Shown piece after piece: positions 57,429 through 64,000 of a stretch of 64,000 bases of DNA. The notes under the pieces are model-generated. The model was given only the letters and a program-made list of their open reading frames with translations. It did no database searches and was not told the DNA's origin. Numbering within the stretch: position 1 is the stretch's first letter; each line of letters opens with the position of its first letter. The DNA is from Limnochordia bacterium (GTDB lineage: Bacteria > Bacillota > Limnochordia > DTU080). The stretch is from assembly GCA_050951545.1 (NCBI GenBank), contig JBMNJG010000011.1:192247-256246 (forward strand). Reading direction: 5' to 3'. Made by a program: the position numbers and the translations under genes.

Positions 57429-58355
57429 TTGCAGTCACCATGGTCGAAATACTTCCGGTTGGGTGTGGTCCATTTCATGGCCTATCCCGAAGTAGGTAAA
57501 GACGAAAGTCGCATGCTACCAACCATAGCCGCAGTGGCAGCAGACGCCGATTTTGAGGTCATTGAGCTAAAGGGCGTCAGCGATCCTGCGCTACGTCCGC
57601 GGATCAGATCACTGTGCGAATCCGCTCACCTCACCGCAACCTACGGAGCACAGCCTATTGTACTCGGGGGGAAACTGAACCCGAACTCCCTGGATGCCAA
57701 TGAGCGCAAGCGCGTTCTAGCGCGGCTCAAGCTAGCTGTTGATGAGGCGGTCGAGTTGGGGGCGAAGGGCTTTGCTTTCCTTTCGGGTCCCGACCCGGAC
57801 GAGGCAGATCGCGAAAAAGCGCAAGAAGGCTTCGAAGCTCTGCTCATCGAGCTCTGTCAGTATGCGGCGGAGCGGGACAACCTGCCAGTTGTTCTTGAGG
57901 TTTTTGACCGAGATATCGACAAGAAGGCCTTTGTTGGTCCAACTGCCTTCGCAGCAGAGATTGCTCGGAACGTGCGGCAGAAATGCGCTAACTTCGGTCT
58001 GATGGTCGACTTGAGTCATCTTCCTTTGCTGGATGAGTCAGCTGAGGTCTCTCTGAGCGCAGCAAGTGAATTCCTAGTGCATGCGCACGCTGGCAACTGC
58101 GTAGTGCGTGATCCGTCGCACCCAGCCTACGGAGACCTGCACCCTCGTTTTGGTATTGAGGGCGGGGAAAATGATGTGGCAGAGTTTGCTGAGTACTTGC
58201 GCTGGCTATTTCGCGTCGGGTATCTAGGAGAGGGTCGCAAAGAGAGGCCCATACTCAGCTTTGAAGTACAGCCTATGCCTGGTGAGAGTTCTGAGGCAGT
58301 GTTGGCAGGTGCGAAACGAACACTGACCGCGGCGTGGGCTCAACTTGAGCTGTAG
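57429..58355 (+). CDS. Xylose-isomerase-like TIM-barrel sugar phosphate isomerase/epimerase family protein
   Basis: AP-endonuclease-2/xylose-isomerase-like barrel signature residues; TTG start after GAGGAGGG. Adjacent to a hydroxyacid dehydrogenase. Confidence 0.7.
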   Translation: MQSPWSKYFRLGVVHFMAYPEVGKDESRMLPTIAAVAADADFEVIELKGVSDPALRPRIRSLCESAHLTATYGAQPIVLGGKLNPNSLDANERKRVLARLKLAVDEAVELGAKGFAFLSGPDPDEADREKAQEGFEALLIELCQYAAERDNLPVVLEVFDRDIDKKAFVGPTAFAAEIARNVRQKCANFGLMVDLSHLPLLDESAEVSLSAASEFLVHAHAGNCVVRDPSHPAYGDLHPRFGIEGGENDVAEFAEYLRWLFRVGYLGEGRKERPILSFEVQPMPGESSEAVLAGAKRTLTAAWAQLEL

Positions 58356-58408
58356 TAAGGGTTTGAGATGATCCAGCGTAGAAAGCTTTTCAAGGGAGGC
58401 ACCAACTG

Positions 58409-59386
58409 ATGGCCAAGCCTAAAGTGTACGTAACCAGGCAGATCCCCGACGATGGGATGAAACTGCTATATGAGAAGTGTGAAGTTCACGTCAATCCGCA
58501 TGATCGCGTCGTTACGCGTGAGGAGCTGCTGCAGAATGTGAAAGGCAAAGACGCTCTGCTTTGCCTCCTCACGGAGACCATCGACGCTGAGGTATTCGAT
58601 GCCAATCCAAACCTGAAGATCGTGGCCAACTACGCCGTGGGTTTCAATAACATCAATATAGAGGAAGCGACAAAGCGCGGTGTTCCAGTCTCCAATACGC
58701 CGGGAGTACTTACCGACACCACGGCGGATTTCGCTTGGACATTGCTGATGGCTGTGGCCAGGCGAGTTGTCGAGGGTGACAAGTTCACCCGAGCAGGGCG
58801 TTTTGTGGGCTGGGCCCCGATGCTCCTGCTAGGACAAGACGTACACCACAAGACGATTGGGATTATCGGGTTTGGTCGCATCGGTCAGGCCATGGCTAAG
58901 CGAGCGTCGGGATTTGGGATGAAGATTCTCTACCATGACGTAAACCAGATGCCAGAAGTGGCTCGTCAGTTCAACGCTGAGTACCGAGAGATCGATGACC
59001 TCTTGCGCGAGTCAGACTTTGTCTCGTTGCACGTCGATCTTAATGAGCAGACGCGTCACCTCATTGATGAACGCGCTCTTGAGCTTATGAAGCCCAGCGC
59101 TTATCTGATCAATAGCGCTCGTGGTCCTGTGGTTGACGAGGCGGCTCTGGTAAGGGCACTAAAGGCCAACCGCATTTCTGGAGCCGGACTGGATGTATTC
59201 GAGGAAGAGCCTCAGTTAGCGCCTGGCCTGGCGGAGTTGGACAATGTGGTCATTGCTCCACACATCGCCAGTGCTACCAAAGAGACTCGTGGAGCGATGG
59301 CGCGCATCGCTGCTGAGAACGTCATCGCCGCTCTCGAGGGTCGCAAGCCCCCTGCAATAGTAAACCCCGAGGTCTGGAAGGACTAA
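58409..59386 (+). CDS. D-isomer-specific 2-hydroxyacid dehydrogenase (glyoxylate/hydroxypyruvate reductase, GyaR-like)
   Basis: GIIGFGRIGQAMAKRA NAD-binding site; SLHVDLNEQTRHLI; NSARGPVVDEAAL; PHIASAT. Confidence 0.85.
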   Translation: MAKPKVYVTRQIPDDGMKLLYEKCEVHVNPHDRVVTREELLQNVKGKDALLCLLTETIDAEVFDANPNLKIVANYAVGFNNINIEEATKRGVPVSNTPGVLTDTTADFAWTLLMAVARRVVEGDKFTRAGRFVGWAPMLLLGQDVHHKTIGIIGFGRIGQAMAKRASGFGMKILYHDVNQMPEVARQFNAEYREIDDLLRESDFVSLHVDLNEQTRHLIDERALELMKPSAYLINSARGPVVDEAALVRALKANRISGAGLDVFEEEPQLAPGLAELDNVVIAPHIASATKETRGAMARIAAENVIAALEGRKPPAIVNPEVWKD

Positions 59387-59420
59387 GGTCCCAGACGGCG
59401 AAGGACCTTTGCCAGCACTC

Positions 59421-59473
59421 ATAGTCTATGGTGTTGGCAGCCGATGGAAAAGGCTGCCGGCACCATAGACTAC
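59421..59473. repeat. Long nested inverted repeat (53 nt) in a 500-bp intergenic region
   Basis: ATAGTCTATGGTG-tt-GGCAGCC-gatggaaaa-GGCTGCC-gg-CACCATAGACTA, two nested stems. Confidence 0.8.
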
Positions 59474-59903
59474 AGTAACGAATGTGAAAAATCACTACTG
59501 CCAAACACATTGGACGAACGCAGCAACAAGTCATCGTGTAGTGGGTCAGGAGCTGACAATGGGTGGATTCCCATCAGGGGTTTCCACGGTGTCTGGAGGA
59601 ACCATCGGGCAGAACAGAGAATGTCTTTGGAAGCTGCTCGAAAGGGCTGGAAGTCGCGAGGTAGCTGGGCAGGAAATACGCGTGTCTTGCAGAAATGGTT
59701 GGAGGTTGTCACTCGTACAGCTGGTTCGGAGCCTAGGCTCGTGTGGCCTGTTGTAACGAGCCTGTCTGATGAGTATAGATTGCAGAGGTGGAAGGAGACG
59801 TCGCAGAGGCCGGGTATTATACGGTAGTCTCGTTCCGGTTCGCGTCGAACGGACAGGTGTTCAACCGGTTAGATCCAAAACTGATTATCCGGAGGTCTCG
59901 AAT

Positions 59904-62900
59904 ATGGCCGATCTTGCCTGTCGCAAGTCAAAGGTGCCATATTGGCGCCGCCCATGGTTCTTTGGGCTGGTACTGTTTGTTATGGCTGCTATCATGGTGG
60001 ATTCGGGCGGGTTGCTGCTGTATGCACAAGAGGCAGAAACACCCGCTGCTGACCAAACGCAGGCGGAAGCGGAAGAGGCTGCTCCGGCTCCTCGAAAGCG
60101 CACGCTGGATGAAGATATCGACGTGTTCGACGAAGCGGAGTTTCTGGACCCCTTGTACGCGGCGGTCTGGCAGGGATGGCGCGAGGCAGGCCACAAGGAC
60201 ACTACAGGTGTCTCGATCACCATTGACCCTACTCGTTATGCTCGCAAGTATGCCTCTGAAGTAGGCAGTCCCGCACGGGTGCAAGCGGTTCGAAACTATG
60301 AGGGACGTAGTGGGTCTGCGCTGTTGTGGCTCGATGAAGAAACCATCATCGAGTGGGAAGTCAACATCCCTAGGAGTGGCTTCTATAACATTTCTTTTGA
60401 ATATATCCCTCTTGAGGGTAAGCGCGCTAGCATTCAGCGTGACCTAAAGATTGATGGTGCCTATCCCTTCAACGAAGCACGGCGTCTCATCTTTCCGCGC
60501 AGCTGGCGTGACGCATACCGCCCGAGGAGAGACAACCAGGGCAACGATGTGAGGCCAAGGCAAGAGGAAGTGAGGATCTGGCAGGAGCGCTATTTTGAGG
60601 ATCCACAGGGAATGTACCGGGAGCCTTTTCGCTTCTATCTTTCCGCGGGTAAGCACCGTCTGACCATGAACGCCATCCGCGAACCCATGGCGTTGGGGGC
60701 CATAAAGATCACCTCACCCAAGGCCCTGCCAACCTATGCAGAGATGAAGCAGCTCTATGAGCAGAAGGGATACAGACCAGTTGAGGGAGAGGTTATTCGC
60801 GTTCAGACCGAGTTCCCCACCTTGAAGTCTGACCCTACCATTCGTTCGGAGTACAGCTATGATCCGTCTTCCATTCCCCCAGCCGGGGGCAACATGATAC
60901 TGAACGTGTTCGGCGGAAGTCGCTGGCGCAAGGGTCAGCAGTGGGCCGAATGGAAGTTCAGCGTCCCTGAAGACGGCCTCTATAAGATCGGGATGAAGAT
61001 CCTTCAGCAGCATGGGGAGCGACTGCCCGTGACTCGTAAGATCGAGATCGACGGGGAAGTGCCCTTCAAGGAGCTCGAGGAGTTTCTTTTCCCGTATGAC
61101 CGTGACTACAATATCGTGCCTTTGGGCGACCCGAACGGCGAGCCGTACTACTTCTACTTCACCAAGGGCGAACATGTGCTGCGCATGACCGCTGCTGTCG
61201 GTCCGGTTGCTCGCACCATTCGCATGGCGAACGCGGCCAGCCTCGAGTTCGCGAAGCTGTCGCGAGCAATCGTGATGATTACGGGTCCCAACCCTGACCC
61301 CAACTTTGACTGGGAAATCCACAAGAAGATTCCAGAGCTGTTGCCCCGCATGAAGGCTCTCGAAGAGGCCTTCGCCCAAGAGGGCAAATGGCTTAGAGAG
61401 TTTTCGCCCAAGACTCGGTTGGCCGACTCCTTGGACTTGAGCACAGCAATTATGGCCTCGATGATTCGTCGCCCCGATACGATCACCAACAGGCTGAAGG
61501 AGTTCTCCGACCAGGAGATGCGTCTCTCGCAGTGGGTACTCGACTTGCAGTACGGAGCCCTCGAAATAGACTACTTTGTCGTTGCTCCCCCTGACTACAC
61601 CTTCCCAAGTGTGAAGCCCACGCCGTGGCAACGTTTTGTCGCAGGCTTGAGAAGCTTCCTGCTATCCTTTACGAAGGACTACACTTCTATAGGGGATGTG
61701 TACACGGCGCAGGAGGGTGTCGACGAGAGCGGTGAAAAGGTTCTTACGCTCTGGGTCGGCTGGGGACGTGAGTGGACAGCGATTATCAAAGAGATGATCG
61801 ACGAAGACTTCACCCCCGATACTGGCATTAAGGTAAACGTCAACGTCATCCCCTCCGGGGCCTTGGGTACGGGTCAGAGCGTCTTGCTGTTGTCCTTGGC
61901 TGCAGGGCAAGCGCCTGACGTATCGTTTGGCACACCAGCTGGTACACCAGTGGAGTTTGCTATTCGTGGCGGAGTGCTAAACCTCAATCAGTTCGCTGAC
62001 TACAATGAAGTCATCAAGCGCTTCCGGCCTGGCGCTCTCATCCCGTTCAAGTATCGGGGTGGGGACTATGCGTTACCAGAAACGCAGAGTTTCTCGATGA
62101 TGTTCTACCGTAAGGATATCTTGCATCAGTTCAAACTCCCAGTGCCGGACACTTGGGACGATGTGATCAAGATGCTACCTACCCTACAGCAGTACGGCAT
62201 GAACTTTCACTACGCTGGTGGGTTCACCCCATTCCTGTATCAGCATGGTGGCGAGTACTACTACGCAGATGGCTGGTACTCGGCTCTGGATAGCCCGCAG
62301 GCTCTCGCAGCCTTCAAGGGTTGGACTGACCTGTATGCCAACTACAGGATTCCCGTTGCGTCAAACTTCTATAACCGGATTCGAACCGGGGAGATGCCTA
62401 TCGGGATTGCCGATTACCAGACTTACGTCCTCCTATCCACAGCTGCCCCCGAACTCACGGGTTGGTGGGAAATGGTTCCGATGCCCGGAGTACGAAGGCC
62501 GGATGGCGTGGTAGACCGTACCGCGGCCGGCGGTTCTTCGACGGCAGTGATCTACACGGCCTCAAGGTACAAAGCGGATGCCTGGGAGCTCATGAAATGG
62601 TGGACTAGCACTCCCATTCAGGCTCGCTTTGGTGAAGAGGTAGAGGCGGTCCTCGGAGTAGAGGCTCGCTGGAACACTGCTAACGTTGAAGCCCTGATGA
62701 ACATGCCCTGGCCGAAGAAGGACATTCTCGCTATTCGTGAGCAGTGGAATTGGTTCAAGGAGCAACCAGTGGTGCTGGGCGGATACTTCACAGGCAGGCA
62801 CATTCAGAATGCCTGGAACCGTGTAGTCCTCCAGGGAACTAACCCGCGTGAGGCTCTCGAACTCGCTGTGAAAGACATCGATAGGGAGCTAGCGAAGAAG

Positions 62901-63008
62901 CAAGAGGAATTCGGCACAACGATTCCGACGCGACGTGAGTTCGTCGCGGAGTACGGTGAGTTGAAGCCGGGATTCTCAGTCTATAGACAGACGTTGGGCC
63001 TCGAGTAG
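59904..63008 (+). CDS. Membrane-anchored fusion: two tandem about 200-aa beta-sandwich (carbohydrate-binding-like) repeats plus C-terminal family-1 extracellular solute-binding protein (sugar ABC transporter SBP)
   Basis: Start ATG 59904 after GGAGGT (the ORF track begins at 59769). TM helix WFFGLVLFVMAAIMV. Internal repeats (EWEVNIPRSGFYNISFEYIP...IDGAYPFNEARRLIFP vs EWKFSVPEDGLYKIGMKIL...IDGEVPFKELEEFLFP). C-terminal 450 aa is SBP_bac_1-like. Confidence 0.7.
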   Translation: MADLACRKSKVPYWRRPWFFGLVLFVMAAIMVDSGGLLLYAQEAETPAADQTQAEAEEAAPAPRKRTLDEDIDVFDEAEFLDPLYAAVWQGWREAGHKDTTGVSITIDPTRYARKYASEVGSPARVQAVRNYEGRSGSALLWLDEETIIEWEVNIPRSGFYNISFEYIPLEGKRASIQRDLKIDGAYPFNEARRLIFPRSWRDAYRPRRDNQGNDVRPRQEEVRIWQERYFEDPQGMYREPFRFYLSAGKHRLTMNAIREPMALGAIKITSPKALPTYAEMKQLYEQKGYRPVEGEVIRVQTEFPTLKSDPTIRSEYSYDPSSIPPAGGNMILNVFGGSRWRKGQQWAEWKFSVPEDGLYKIGMKILQQHGERLPVTRKIEIDGEVPFKELEEFLFPYDRDYNIVPLGDPNGEPYYFYFTKGEHVLRMTAAVGPVARTIRMANAASLEFAKLSRAIVMITGPNPDPNFDWEIHKKIPELLPRMKALEEAFAQEGKWLREFSPKTRLADSLDLSTAIMASMIRRPDTITNRLKEFSDQEMRLSQWVLDLQYGALEIDYFVVAPPDYTFPSVKPTPWQRFVAGLRSFLLSFTKDYTSIGDVYTAQEGVDESGEKVLTLWVGWGREWTAIIKEMIDEDFTPDTGIKVNVNVIPSGALGTGQSVLLLSLAAGQAPDVSFGTPAGTPVEFAIRGGVLNLNQFADYNEVIKRFRPGALIPFKYRGGDYALPETQSFSMMFYRKDILHQFKLPVPDTWDDVIKMLPTLQQYGMNFHYAGGFTPFLYQHGGEYYYADGWYSALDSPQALAAFKGWTDLYANYRIPVASNFYNRIRTGEMPIGIADYQTYVLLSTAAPELTGWWEMVPMPGVRRPDGVVDRTAAGGSSTAVIYTASRYKADAWELMKWWTSTPIQARFGEEVEAVLGVEARWNTANVEALMNMPWPKKDILAIREQWNWFKEQPVVLGGYFTGRHIQNAWNRVVLQGTNPREALELAVKDIDRELAKKQEEFGTTIPTRREFVAEYGELKPGFSVYRQTLGLE

Positions 63009-63096
63009 GTCCTGAGCTGAGTTTCGAGCCTTCGCCCCAAGCACGTTGCCGAGGGCTCGAAACCCAGCCGCATGTGCCAAAAGGAGTGAGCTGTAG

Positions 63097-64000
63097 ATGG
63101 CCCAGGTCACAGAAGTGAGAGCGGGTCTACCAAAAAAACCGTCTTTGGAGGTTCGGTTCAAGCGCGCATTGTCTGATGCGCGAAGATGGCGTGTCCACTA
63201 TTTCTTCATGGCGCCGTTCATGATCCTGTTCACCATCTTCACCATAGTACCGGTTATATCATCCATCTACCTGAGCTTTACGTACTTCAACGTTCTGGAG
63301 CCTCCGCGCTGGATAGGGTGGTCCAACTTTAACTTGCTCTTCCTTGAAGATGACATCTTCATCTTGGCGCTGAAGAACACCCTGCTTTTCTCGGTGATCA
63401 CAGGGCCTGTGAGTTTCTTCATGCAGTTTTTCCTCGCGTGGCTGATTAACTCGCTGAAGTACAGGATCGCCTACACCCTCGCCTTTTACGCGCCTTCCAT
63501 CACAAGTGGGTTGGCTATGGGCGCAATCTGGCAGGTGTTGTTCTCCGGTGACTACTACGGTTACCTAAACTACATCCTTATCCGGCTGGGGGTTCTGAGC
63601 GAACCCTATGTGTGGCTGCAGAACGTGAACACGATGCTACCGATTGTGATTCTCGTGTCGTTGTGGATGAGTATGGGTTCAGGCTTTCTATCCTTCCTGG
63701 CTGGGCTGCAGAATATGAACGAAGAGCTTTACGAGGCCGGGAAGGTGGACGGGGTGCGCAACAGATTCCAGGAAGTCTGGTACATTACTTTGCCGTTGAT
63801 GAAACCACAGCTGCTGTTCGGCGCCGTCATGGCTGTAGTCCGTTCACTTGAGGTGTCGGGCGTTGCGGTTGCTTTGACGGGCCTTCCCAGCCCGCTGTAT
63901 GCCACGCATACTATCATGACGCACTTGCAGGACTACGCGTTCATTCGCTTTGAGATGGGCTATGCATCAGCCATTTCGGTGGTGCTCTTCTTGATGATGT
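63097..64000 (+). CDS. ABC sugar transporter permease (MalF/UgpA-like, BPD_transp_1), 5' part; runs off the window end
   Basis: ATG 10 nt after AAGGAG. Translation MAQVTEVRAGLPKKP...HYFFMAPFMILFTIF...; the EAA-loop region EELYEAGKVDGVRNRFQEVWYITLPLMKP is visible. No stop before 64000, so it is not in the ORF track. Confidence 0.8.
   Translation, partial: MAQVTEVRAGLPKKPSLEVRFKRALSDARRWRVHYFFMAPFMILFTIFTIVPVISSIYLSFTYFNVLEPPRWIGWSNFNLLFLEDDIFILALKNTLLFSVITGPVSFFMQFFLAWLINSLKYRIAYTLAFYAPSITSGLAMGAIWQVLFSGDYYGYLNYILIRLGVLSEPYVWLQNVNTMLPIVILVSLWMSMGSGFLSFLAGLQNMNEELYEAGKVDGVRNRFQEVWYITLPLMKPQLLFGAVMAVVRSLEVSGVAVALTGLPSPLYATHTIMTHLQDYAFIRFEMGYASAISVVLFLMM

Noticed and set aside
59444-59827. 127-aa ORF in the long spacer upstream of the SBP gene
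   Set aside because: No RBS, Trp/Arg-rich composition and overlap with a 90-aa alternative frame. The region is more likely regulatory RNA/DNA; the nested hairpin is reported instead.
1-64000. CRISPR arrays, tRNA/rRNA genes, transposases, integrases, prophage genes
   Set aside because: I looked for regularly spaced direct repeats, cloverleaf-like conserved tRNA boxes in every spacer over 80 bp, and DDE/tyrosine-recombinase-like ORFs, and found none. The only notable repeats are local palindromes and hairpins.

Overview
GC-rich (roughly 60%) bacterial chromosomal segment with about 55 protein-coding genes. I found no rRNA, tRNA, CRISPR array, transposase or integrase. In order along the window: (1) Positions 1-7525 are an exopolysaccharide/O-antigen-type locus: glycosyltransferase C-terminus, DegT sugar aminotransferase, class-I aminotransferase, a thiamine-dependent E1 alpha/beta dehydrogenase pair, sugar phosphotransferase, O-antigen ligase/polymerase-like membrane protein and CpsB phosphatase. 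(2) On the minus strand, an XPB/Rad25-type helicase carrying an internal frameshift sits with its large partner protein; downstream of it are a SIMPL protein and two tandem TolC-family outer-membrane proteins. Divergent from these is a secreted glycine-zipper protein. (3) ArsR plus a Gfo/Idh/MocA oxidoreductase, a perfect 40-bp palindrome, a DUF72-like protein, a 766-aa hypothetical, a metallophosphoesterase, nfo, FadL-like outer-membrane proteins and a C39-like peptidase. (4) A metabolic block: HIBADH-like dehydrogenase, IMPase, three tandem SDR reductases and an HD dNTPase-like hydrolase. (5) A SAM-I riboswitch upstream of metK. (6) A three-gene operon of secreted beta-sandwich proteins, including a 1240-aa giant, which I consider the best candidate for an undescribed cell-surface assembly system. 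(7) MTAP, VanZ, a FecR / CHASE2-adenylate-cyclase / Crp cAMP module, a DegS-like kinase with NarL regulator, an orphan REC-CpaE/TadZ-like ATPase, a GerE regulator and RecD2. (8) A glyoxylate/hydroxypyruvate reductase, then a 1034-aa membrane-anchored solute-binding-protein fusion with the start of an ABC sugar permease. The FadL- and TolC-like proteins imply a diderm envelope.
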